The notes under the pieces were generated by a model. That model had not been told where the DNA came from. It worked only from the letters and a program-made list of their open reading frames with translations, and ran no database searches. DNA of 64,000 bases, from positions 1,748,335 through 1,812,334 of the forward strand of contig MU057521.1 in assembly GCA_013265495.1 (NCBI GenBank), written 5' to 3'. Source of the DNA: Vicugna vicugna (Eukaryota). A program made the translations under genes and the position numbers. Positions 39,601 to 47,017 of this stretch are shown piece by piece (within the stretch, counting starts at the first letter, position 1; the number at the start of each line of letters is the position of its first letter).

Positions 39601-42600
39601 GTTAGAAAAACAGGTGCCCTGTAATCTCAAAGCCTGTTGCTAAATACGGGTTATTCAAGATGCATCCAGGCAATTTGGTTTTGCCCAGTATTAGGGCTGG
39701 ACTGTGTTCCGTTGCAGACAAAGTGATGTTCAGACAACTTTGCAGGAAACTGAGTCACTGACAGGAATTCAGTTTCTCCTAGAACTGGATCTCACAGGCC
39801 TGTCGTGATTCCAGATTTTAACCAGATTGTTTACGACACATTCCTTCCCCTCCACCCCAAAATCGCGTGAGCTCCAGACACTCTTTAGACTTTATGGTGT
39901 GTGGACTTCTCTTTGAAATGGACTGTTTCCATCTCAGCTTATGGAATACTGCCACTGATTTGAGATAGTGCCAAACTTTATGAACTTGAGATGATCAAAT
40001 TTTAGGCTGGGAGTTAAATAATTCTTCATATGTTGTTTTTCCCCCTCATTAAATATTCAAGACAGTGTTGCTAGTAGAATCCTGGGCCGTTCCCTAGAGT
40101 TTTTGATCACTGTGGAAGTTGTGGAATGTTGTTTGTAACTCTGGGGGCTGAGTGTTATAAGCATTCCCTCATTCAAAGAATTGCTTGCTCTTTTATCACT
40201 TTAAAGGCTTTGTAGGCTGTGAAGGAGTTGCCTGTTAATATTGTACTGTAGACACTTGCTCTTGTGGGACCAGGAAGTGGAGAGGCTCTAAAGGTCATGG
40301 GAACAATGACAAGCTTTTCTCTTTCTCTCCTTTTTCTCTCCCTTGATAATCTGCCAAAGGAAGTATCTCTCCAAGGAGGGTGGAAAGTGTCTGCTAGAGA
40401 AATGCTGGTTCAGAGGAGCCTTTAAAATTCCCCTAAGTCATGAACACTCTTGAAGAGCTCAGTAGAGGCAGGCCCAGTGAGGTTCTTTGCTGCTCGACTC
40501 ACCTGTCTTTTGGATTCTCAATGGGTGTGTACAGTTAATAATTGATACCAATAATAGCTGGTATTTAGTGAGTCCTTAATATTATTTATCAGTCATTGTT
40601 CTAAATACCTTGATGCCATACATTTTACCCAGTGAGATAGTTAATGTTACAGTCCTTGCTGTACTGATGAGAAACCAAGGTATAGAGAGGTGAAGCAGAT
40701 CACTTTAAGAGCTAGAAGGTGGTGCAGCCAGAACTGGACCTCAGGCAGTAGGACTCCGGACAGTGTCCGCCCTACTATGCACATCTGTCTACACATCTGT
40801 GTGCTTTTCTGTTTTGATCACCATCTTGTTTTGGGGAAAAAGGCAAACACATTTTATACATACAGACACATACACCCCCCCGCACACCCTTCACACACCC
40901 CTAAGAGGTCTGCTTTTTATAGACCCTCAAGAACCAGATACGAATTAAGAACTTAAGAACCTCAAACTCTGATTGCTAGCTGTACTCCTCACAAATGCCA
41001 CCCTATTTCTAGCTTTGCTGAGAGGAATCATTGCGCCTTTGACATGGAGAAAGTAGTGCTTCCTTGGCAGGGCGTAAAGCCGGGTCCAGTCATCGGTGTG
41101 CAGAAGTTGGAGTTTAGAGACCCGAATTGTCAGCCCATCTCCAGGTCATTTGTATACCTCTTATTTTCCCTATTTGGTTAATGGGATACGGGATGTGAGA
41201 AGATCTTTTCAGTCCTTGAGAGAACTGTATGTTCTCTGAGCACCACATCCTAATGCGATAGGCAGCCCCGATTTCCATCACTAGTGTTGCCCCTTGCGTA
41301 ACCTAGACAGGTGATGTGAGCTGACCGGACCTGAGGGTCTGCCCTGTTAACAGAGGAGTCTGTCTGTCTGAACCTTCTTGGCTCCTGTACCACTCAGGAT
41401 GAGTCTGAGAGGCACTGCCCTCTGTGGGGCTTGTGACAGGAGATCTTAGGTCCTTCTGATGGTCACAACTTGCAGATGCATTGTGTATTCAGTAGGTGTG
41501 TGGACTACTGGTCAGGAGTAAAAGCACTTGGGAACTTGATGGCTGGAATATCCTTTCAGTGGATATTCTGAAACAGGCATTATTGGTCCAGAAAGCCTTC
41601 ACTGTGTAGGACAAGAACATGAATGGTCCAATACTTGAACGCTCATACCAGCAAATATCCTTATGAAGGGGAGAGAGTGGTCGGTGGGGGTAGCGTATGG
41701 CCCCTGTTATGTGGTCCCTGCAGTTGTCCACTCCCGGGAGCAGAGGAGGCTTAGTGGATGAGGAAAGGAGTGGTCATTCCCACTGTGTCTGGAGGACGCC
41801 GGTACGGGAGTAGCAGGGCAGACGCAGCGGGATCAGGGCTCCTTTATTCCACATCCACTCCTGGGCTTTTAGTGGTCAAGTGGCACTCGCCCCAGGCCTG
41901 AGCAGACATCTCTCTGTGTGGACGTGTGTGTCGGATTCCTCAGGCCCTTTTCCCGAGTTGAGCAGTGCCTGTTTTGGTGAAAGAGGCCGAGTGGAGCCCC
42001 AGGTTCTGTTTTCCCTCCTGTCCCTGCCCCGTAGTGCAGCCTTCCTGTCACATGAGCAAAACTACACGTGACGGCTTGGGTTTGGGTTTCTACCCCTCTC
42101 TTCGGATTCCAGGAAGCTTGGAACTGCTGGGCAGAAACTTGGAGGTGCTGCTGTCCTTTGTCACATCAAGCACGACCCTGTGGACCCTGGAGGGCCCTTC
42201 ATCTTGACCTCTGCTAACGTGGGCAAGTGCCAAACAGTCCTCTGTCGGAATGGGAAGCCGCTGCCTCTGTCCAGATCGTACGTCATGAGCTGTGAAGAAG
42301 AACTGAAGAGAATTAAACAGCACAAGGCCATCATCACTGAGGTAAGGAAGAGCGATTTTCCTCTGGATGGGGGAGGACAGGCTCGTGGCAGAACCAGCTG
42401 TTGGGGAGCATTTCTCTCCAAAGGGCATTCTTTGAAGTTGGTTTAAAATTAAAATTCCAAATCCACAGTGTCACAAAGCAACTTCCGTGTATGCTATATC
42501 TGAACGCATTATAATGCTCAGAATAATAAAACATTTGTCAGTGGCCTCTCCGTGCCAGGGGCTGTGCCAAGTACTTCGTGTCGTTACCCTGTCTGACCCT

Positions 42601-45600
42601 CACAGCCGCTCTGCGCAGGCCTGGTGTGGTGGGCGAGGGCCCCACCCCTGAAGTCACGCCGATGGAATGCCTGCCCTAGCTCTGCCGCTTCCGGGCTATG
42701 ACCTCTAAACCTCTAAGCCTCAGTTTTCCTCATCTGTAACGTAGGAATAGTAAGGTATCTATCCTGTCTTACAAGGTTAGTGTGCCTATCCATGTAAATG
42801 TAACTAGTTATTGTGGTTCATGCCTCCTGCTCCATTTGAGTAAGGCGGTGAGTGGTTCTCAACCAGGGGCCATTTCCCCCCACAAGACATTAGGTAACAT
42901 CCGGAGACAGTTTTGTTGTCACAGCTGGGGCAGAGAGAGCTTTTGGCTTGTAGTAGGCAGAGGCCAGAGATGCCACTAAACATCCTACAGTGTGCAAGGC
43001 AACCCCACAGCAAAGAATTATTTGGCCCAAAATGTCACGCATGCCACTGGTGAAAAACCCTGGAGTCCATCTGTATTACACAGGATTCGTTACAGCGCAG
43101 CTTCCAAAGTGGGCTCGGGGAGCTTCACTGTGTTAACTAGTTCATCCTGCAGTGTGGATCACCTGCGGAGTGCCGGGGCAGCAATGTGAGTACGGAAGTC
43201 ATCCCCACACACACATCTGCCCATGGAAGGTGTCCAGTCTTGTCTTGTTGGTAAAACCCATGTACCACTTGCAGCTCAGACAGACAGTGGTAACATTTGC
43301 AGTTCAGTAGAGAAAAAGGCTGACTCCGGGTAGGCCTTGTAAGGGCCTAAAAGATAGTCTGGGGGAAGGAGTATGTCTGTGTCAATTTTAGGTCCCTGTC
43401 TGTTCTAAGAGCAGAGAGCATTAAAATGGATGCTAAGCACTATGCAGAGAGCAAAGACAGTCTAAGATAGGACTGTATTAAATCAGTAAATGTATTGAAT
43501 TCAGTGTTCAACATTACACGATGCTAAGATTAACCATTTCTGCTACATAAATGCATCACAGTTTGTGCTTCAGACCTTTCCTCTGCCTCCTCCTTCCTCA
43601 CTTTGTCTGCATTGCTGCATTGGTTTTTTAAATTTCTCTGCCTTGAGGTTATGCCCCCAAAACACACACCATACATGAAACCATTGATTCGATGGGGTGA
43701 GATCAAAAGGGTAGAGCAGAACAGCGAGGATAATTTTTGCCAAATTCCACACTTTGGGGGAGAACAAATTATATTAGGAGAATTGAGGGAGTTGAAAATC
43801 ATGTTTGAAGCCCATTTTAATAATTTTCCCTCTAAGCTTGCTGCCTGCGTGTACATGTGGCATGGCAGGGTTGTGTGTGGAGTTGGGGCAGGCATCCCAA
43901 ATGAAGGAAGAGGGTAACGTTGGAAGGAAATTTATATTCTCTGAAAGAAACACTTGCTTCAAGGGAGATGATGACACCATCTCTATTACCTTATCCCAGA
44001 CATACGTAAAAGTTGCATTTGTCCTAATGGAGTCCCCTCTGGAAAAGGTGTTAAAATTAGGGGCATGTAGCGGTACATGGTGGACCTGAGCGCCTCCAAC
44101 TTGAAGAGAAAAGACCCGGGCAGCCCCACGGGCCATCTCCCCTCCTCTCCTCCAGCTTCAGCGTAAAGGCCTTTCTACTGGCCAGGGGTCTGAAACTTTG
44201 GTCCATAGCTTCAGTGGTGTGAGCTGGACTGCAGGGAGGCTTCATCTTGTCCATTTGCCACCAGGGAAGCAAGTTCAGGGAAGTGAGAGGAGCGGGCACG
44301 GCACCTTTAGCATCAGCCTCTCCGATGTGTCCCTTTGTACTCAGCTAGTTGCACCAAGATTTTCTCCACCATTTTTTTTTAACCTTCTTCAGTTTAAAAT
44401 AATGTCTCTCTCCTCATTTCTGGACCTTCAGACACTCCTTCCCTGGTGCTTTGGAGAGTGAGCGACGGTTTAGGGGCGTCATCCTGAACCAGCCCTACCT
44501 CTGGTGTCTGCCTGGCACTGGCTTATCCAGCAGGGCTCTTCCTCCCTGGACGGCTGTGGGTCGCAGGAGAAGCCATGTTGCTTGTCCCACTGGATGATGG
44601 CTTGCTTTGTAGATAGATGGTCCCAGTAAAGGGAGTAACTGAAATACTTTCAATTTGTCCCTCCGGCTCCTTACCTGCCTGGGTTTCTGGCCCAGTTTCT
44701 GATGACAGGTGGACATTAACCACTCACCAGAGGGTGAGCAGTCCCTCCCTCTGTGGACCCCACAGTACTCTCCCTGGGGTCCCCTGGACAGGAGGCCCCA
44801 AGGAAACTGCAAATTACCACATGTGTTCCCCATTAATGGCTGTTTGGAAACTCGTCTTTTTCCAGGATGGCAAAGTGAATGGAGTGACCGAGTCCACGCG
44901 CATCCTGGGCTACACCTTCCTCCACCCCAGCGTGGTGCCTCGCCCCCACGTGCAGTCCGTGCCCCTGACCCCGCAGGACGAGTTCTTCATCCTGGGTAGT
45001 AAGGGCTTGTGGGACAGCCTGTCCATCGAGGAGGCGGTGGGGGCCGTGCGCAACGTGCCCGACGCCCTGGCTGCCGCCAAGAAGCTGTGCACCCTGGCAC
45101 AGAGCTACGGCTGCCACGACAGCATCAGCGCCGTGGTGGTGCAGCTCAGCGTCACGGAGGACAGCTTCTGCTGCTGCGAGCTCGGCGCCGGCGGGGCCGT
45201 GCCGCCGCCCAGCCCCGGCATCTTCCCTCCGTCCGTCAGCATGGTGATCAAGGACCGGCCATCCGACGGGCTGGGCGTGCCGTCCTCCAGCAGCGGCATG
45301 GCCTCGGAGATCAGCAGCGAGCTCTCCACGTCGGAGATGAGCAGCGAGGTGGGGTCCACGGCCTCGGACGAGCCGGCGCCGGGAGCCCTGAGCGAGAGCA
45401 GCCCCGCCTACCCCAGCGAGCCGCGCTGCACGCTCCACCCCGTCTGCCTGTCCAACTCCTTCCAGCGCCAGCTGTCCAGCGCCACTTTCTCCAGCGCCTT
45501 CTCCGACAACGGCCTCGACAGCGACGACGAAGAGCCGATCGAGGGCGTCTTCAGCAACGGCAGCCGGGTGGAGGTGGAGGTGGACATCCACTGCAGCCGG

Positions 45601-46035
45601 GCCAAGGAAAAGGAGAGACAGCAGCACCTGCTCCAGGTGCCGGCCGAGGCCAGCGACGAGGGCATCGTCATCAGCGCCAACGAGGACGAGCCGGGTCTGC
45701 CCAGAAAGGCGGACTTCGCCACCGTGGGGACCATGGGGCGCCGGAGGCCTAACGGCTCGGTGGCGCCGCAGGAAAGGAGCCACAACGTGATAGAGGTGGC
45801 CACGGACGCGCCTCTCCGCAAGCCGGGCGGCTATTTCGCAGCCCCGGCTCAGCCGGACCCTGATGACCAGTTCATCATTCCGCCAGAGCTGGAGGAGGAG
45901 GTCAAGGAGATCATGAAACACCACCAGCAGCAGCAGCCGCCGCCGCCGCCGCCGCCGTCCCAGCTACACCTGCAGCAGCCGCAGCGGCAGTGCCTGGCCG
46001 AGCAGCTGCCAGACTGCTGTGACACACCGCTCTGA
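2046..46035 (+). CDS. PHLPP1: PHLPP1, 5'-partial spliced CDS: join(2046-2248,4068-4128,5002-5097,8802-8957,18820-19020,21524-21686,28400-28530,32316-32420,39330-39524,42113-42341,44866-46035); LRR region + PP2C-like domain + PDZ-binding C-terminus
   Basis: Manual splicing gives one continuous frame (2710 nt, ending in TGA at 46033-46035) and every intron is GT-AG with matching phase. The translation matches recalled mammalian PHLPP1 (...[12 protein letters not shown]...[13 protein letters not shown]...[18 protein letters not shown]...DTPL). The N-terminal RA/PH exons lie upstream of the window. Confidence 0.97.
2830..3720 (-). mobile_element. Degenerate L2 LINE fragment
   Basis: Begins aacaaatgtttatcaagcacct (L2 3' end on the minus strand) and continues with purine-rich L2-like sequence; boundaries approximate. 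Confidence 0.45.
4068..4128 (+). CDS. PHLPP1: PHLPP1 coding exon (~exon 8): [21 protein letters not shown]
   Basis: Acceptor ttctgcctcccag|, donor ag|gtaaga; 61 nt; phase-consistent with both neighbours; too short for the ORF track. Confidence 0.95.
4425..4546 (-). mobile_element. tRNA-Ala-derived SINE (camelid Vic-1-like), near full length
   Basis: Minus strand has GGGGGAGGGTATAGCTCGGTGGTAGAG...GGGTTCAATCCCCAG, then AAACCTAATTACCTCC and poly(A). Imperfect TSD acttctttaa/acttacttaa. Confidence 0.85.
5002..5097 (+). CDS. PHLPP1: PHLPP1 coding exon (~exon 9): [31 protein letters not shown]
   Basis: Acceptor cttacatttag|, donor tg|gtgagt; 96 nt; LRR consensus. Confidence 0.95.
5778..5940 (+). 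mobile_element. MER3-like hAT-Charlie MITE
   Basis: tgctgtcctatagaattttctgtgat...ccactagccacatgtgactattgag...tgactgaggaactgaatttt matches the recalled MER3 consensus. Confidence 0.75.
6200..6487 (-). mobile_element. MER33-like hAT-Charlie MITE
   Basis: gctgtccagtatggcagccattagcc...aaattacatatgtggcttg...atttctgttgga. Confidence 0.7.
7469..7511. repeat. Interrupted (TG)n microsatellite
   Basis: Read directly from the sequence. Confidence 0.95.
8802..8957 (+). CDS. PHLPP1: PHLPP1 coding exon (~exon 10): [17 protein letters not shown]...[13 protein letters not shown]
   Basis: Acceptor tgtttacacag|, donor ag|gtaagg; 156 nt. Confidence 0.95.
10080..10205 (+). mobile_element. L2 3' end fragment
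   Basis: tagattataaactc...tcctcagcatctggcacc...tttaataaatctttgtttaatgaa. Confidence 0.55.
11851..11985 (-). mobile_element. Truncated L1 3' end (laurasiatherian-type)
   Basis: Poly-T followed by ttgaaatataattg...ccttatgctata; short accag direct repeats on both flanks. Confidence 0.5.
12645..12700. repeat. T-rich/poly(T) tract, possibly the tail of a retroelement
   Basis: (TTTTC)n grading into a T run of more than 20 nt. Confidence 0.85.
14240..14550 (+). mobile_element. Old L1MC-type 3' UTR fragment
   Basis: aaattgagagacattctacaaaac...ggatcctaaattggatcctggg...gacatcagtgggataa resembles the recalled L1MC4/5 3' end. Confidence 0.6.
17955..18400 (-). mobile_element. Old L1ME/MC 3' fragment
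   Basis: ctgacttctaataccatagattagttttgcct...ttctttcactcaatatt...tgagattcatt. Confidence 0.65.
18820..19020 (+). CDS. PHLPP1: PHLPP1 coding exon (~exon 11): [19 protein letters not shown]...[13 protein letters not shown]
   Basis: Acceptor ttttgtcattatag|, donor ag|gtaaaa; 201 nt. Confidence 0.95.
21524..21686 (+). CDS. PHLPP1: PHLPP1 coding exon (~exon 12): [18 protein letters not shown]...VMQLPEIK
   Basis: Poly-T acceptor ttttttag|, donor aag|gtacgt; 163 nt; lies inside ORF 21501-21707. Confidence 0.96.
26970..27560 (-). mobile_element. L2 LINE fragment
   Basis: cattgatttattcaacaaata...aagtgccaggc...cctgctctctcggagg, a typical L2 3' region on the minus strand. Confidence 0.55.
28400..28530 (+). 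CDS. PHLPP1: PHLPP1 coding exon (~exon 13): [43 protein letters not shown]
   Basis: Acceptor tccttccag|, donor aa|gtaagt; 131 nt; last LRRs. Confidence 0.95.
29090..29470 (+). mobile_element. L1ME 3' fragment
   Basis: aatgttcatcacag...gaatattatacagccattaaaaac...ggattatgagtgat. Confidence 0.55.
32316..32420 (+). CDS. PHLPP1: PHLPP1 coding exon (~exon 14): [35 protein letters not shown] (LRR-PP2C linker and PP2C start)
   Basis: Acceptor tttctctggttag|, donor aa|gtaagt; 105 nt. Confidence 0.95.
33265..33340 (+). mobile_element. MER5-type hAT MITE end
   Basis: ccccaggtgattctgatgtgcatccaggactgagaaccactg. Confidence 0.65.
34553..34783 (+). mobile_element. MIR SINE
   Basis: agccagactgcctgg...gctgtgtgaccttgggca...tttcctcgtctgtaaaatgg...ttagctactattatt. 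Confidence 0.8.
37177..37250 (+). mobile_element. TcMar-Tigger terminal fragment nested in the L1
   Basis: ta-cagttgacccctgaaca...gggttagg, a Tigger2-family TIR preceded by TA. Confidence 0.55.
37705..37905 (-). mobile_element. MER20 nested in the L1
   Basis: tttctcaacttcagtactattgacattttg...cctgtgcattgtaagatgtttagcaacacccctggcc...ccactaga. Confidence 0.8.
38693..38731. repeat. 10-bp tandem repeat (CCTGCCTCAT) x ~4
   Basis: Read directly; three perfect units plus a 9-nt partial unit. Confidence 0.9.
39330..39524 (+). CDS. PHLPP1: PHLPP1 coding exon (~exon 15), PP2[28 protein letters not shown]...FIVMQR
   Basis: Acceptor gctttgcag|, donor ag|gtaaga; 195 nt; GVFDG motif. Confidence 0.96.
40550..40760 (-). 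mobile_element. MIR SINE
   Basis: ataatagctggtatttagtgag...gatgagaaaccaagg...gagaggtgaag. Confidence 0.65.
42113..42341 (+). CDS. PHLPP1: PHLPP1 coding exon (~exon 16), PP2[22 protein letters not shown]...[16 protein letters not shown]...AIITE
   Basis: Acceptor ggattccag|, donor gag|gtaagg; 229 nt. Confidence 0.96.
42851..43063 (+). mobile_element. MER20 hAT-Charlie MITE, near full length
   Basis: agtggttctcaaccagggg...ggagacagttttgttgtcacagctggg...aggccagagatgcc...ggcccaaaatgtca...gaaaaaccctg. Confidence 0.85.
44866..46035 (+). CDS. PHLPP1: PHLPP1 terminal coding exon (~exon 17): end of PP2C, Ser/acidic tail, Q/P tract, PDZ ligand DTPL
   Basis: Acceptor tctttttccag|GATGGCAAA; 389 codons then TGA; this is the in-frame part of ORF 44617-46035. 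Confidence 0.97.
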   Translation, partial: DGKVNGVTESTRILGYTFLHPSVVPRPHVQSVPLTPQDEFFILGSKGLWDSLSIEEAVGAVRNVPDALAAAKKLCTLAQSYGCHDSISAVVVQLSVTEDSFCCCELGAGGAVPPPSPGIFPPSVSMVIKDRPSDGLGVPSSSSGMASEISSELSTSEMSSEVGSTASDEPAPGALSESSPAYPSEPRCTLHPVCLSNSFQRQLSSATFSSAFSDNGLDSDDEEPIEGVFSNGSRVEVEVDIHCSRAKEKERQQHLLQVPAEASDEGIVISANEDEPGLPRKADFATVGTMGRRRPNGSVAPQERSHNVIEVATDAPLRKPGGYFAAPAQPDPDDQFIIPPELEEEVKEIMKHHQQQQPPPPPPPSQLHLQQPQRQCLAEQLPDCCDTPL

Positions 46036-46050
46036 CCCACCCGAGCGCAG
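44890..46050. other. CpG-rich, GC-rich terminal exon (3' gene-body CpG-island-like segment)
   Basis: Dense CG dinucleotides and mostly C/G-ending codons by inspection; not computed. Confidence 0.7.
45925..45957 (+). repeat. Coding trinucleotide repeat (CAG)4(CCG)7 encoding Q4P7
   Basis: Read directly from the sequence. Confidence 0.95.
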
Positions 46051-46269
46051 TTCACAAATAAACTAACCAAGAAAGACTGAGTTGCAAGAGTCTCCCAGGC
46101 TCACATTAAACCAGGGGTTTACTCCGCGCCCTTCCCCCAGACGCTTTGCCCACCTGTCTTTGCAGCTAGTCGCTAGGTTCCCCTTCTGTTGGTCACTTTT
46201 TAAATAATTACCACTTTCTTCTAGTGATGCTTTACCAATACGATTTAAATTTGTTAACTTCTTCCCCTA

Positions 46270-46277
46270 ACATATCA
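46270..46277 (+). promoter_or_regulatory. miR-190-5p 8mer seed site (ACATATCA) in the 3' UTR
   Basis: Exact complement of the miR-190 seed plus A1. PHLPP1 is a reported miR-190 target (recalled). Confidence 0.6.
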
Positions 46278-46534
46278 GATGTGTAAAGACAAAGAACAAA
46301 AGGTTTAATATATTACAGAGAAACAGTTAATGATAATGTAATATTTTTTAAAATGGCTTTTTGTTGTTTTGTTTGTTTGGAAGGCAGGGCAGGTTGCCAG
46401 TGCTAAATGATTTAATAATATTGTAATTCTGTATTTCTTTGGCAGGGGGGAAGGCCTTTTTTTTTTTGTCTTGAAAATGATAGACATTTGTAGAATATGG
46501 AGACTAACTCCTAGGAGTTGCTTTACTCTGTCAA

Positions 46535-46542
46535 GTGACTTA
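46535..46542 (+). promoter_or_regulatory. miR-224-5p 8mer seed site (GTGACTTA) in the 3' UTR
   Basis: Complement of seed AAGUCAC plus A1. PHLPP1 is a reported miR-224 target (recalled). Confidence 0.55.
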
Positions 46543-46598
46543 AGTCACTGGGATTCACTAATTTTCTCTGAGAGAACAGTTGATTGAGAAATTTCTAC

Positions 46599-46616
46599 TG
46601 TATATAGCTCAGTGTT
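46599..46616 (+). promoter_or_regulatory. Pumilio element TGTATATA (46599-46606) next to a miR-141/200a 7mer CAGTGTT (46610-46616)
   Basis: Exact motif matches in the 3' UTR; function not shown. Confidence 0.4.
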
Positions 46617-47011
46617 GTATAGTGACGCTTCAAATGTTTTGTAGTTTTGGCATAAGGGACACAGCCTGAACAACTGACCCCCCCGCCCCCTCTGATGTGC
46701 CTTCCTGCCCACGCCCACCTCCCCCCCCTCACCTTTTTCATGCATTACACGATGAGCCTAAGCAGCTAAGAGCATCGCTGTTCAAACACGGTGGATCTTA
46801 GGCCAGTGGAAATGACCCTGCACCCGAGGGGCCTCTGAACTTCTTCCTCTCCTGTTTCCACTCAGCCCTTGACTTTTGCAGACACTTTTTAATTGTGTTC
46901 CTTACTGCTGCCACAATCAGCATGATTGTATAGAGTTCAGTTAGATCATTTACATACCAAGAGTTATATTAAAGCAGAATGCACAAATGAACATGTCATA
47001 ATTTTTGTTAT

Positions 47012-47017
47012 AATAAA
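47012..47017 (+). terminator. Likely main polyadenylation signal (AATAAA); a second AATAAA lies at 47105-47110
   Basis: Canonical hexamer about 1 kb after the stop, with U-rich upstream sequence (ttttgtta) and downstream ctgcttttgtct. Confidence 0.7.

Noticed and set aside
44617..44865. 83-codon in-frame extension upstream of the last exon (start of the 472-aa ORF)
   Set aside because: Intronic sequence upstream of a clear acceptor at 44865. The peptide does not resemble PHLPP, and the ATG has T at -3 directly after an in-frame TAG. Most likely chance read-through.
45009..45752. 247-aa Arg/Gly/Ala-rich alternative-frame ORF
   Set aside because: Each codon begins on the G/C-rich third position of PHLPP1 codons, so T-initial stops are suppressed. 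Non-ATG start and low complexity.
44833..45924. 363-aa antisense ORF over the last exon
   Set aside because: It is in codon register with PHLPP1, so antisense stops would need sense TTA, CTA or TCA codons, which are scarce in this GC3-rich exon. It starts at GTG and has no recognisable domain: a shadow ORF.
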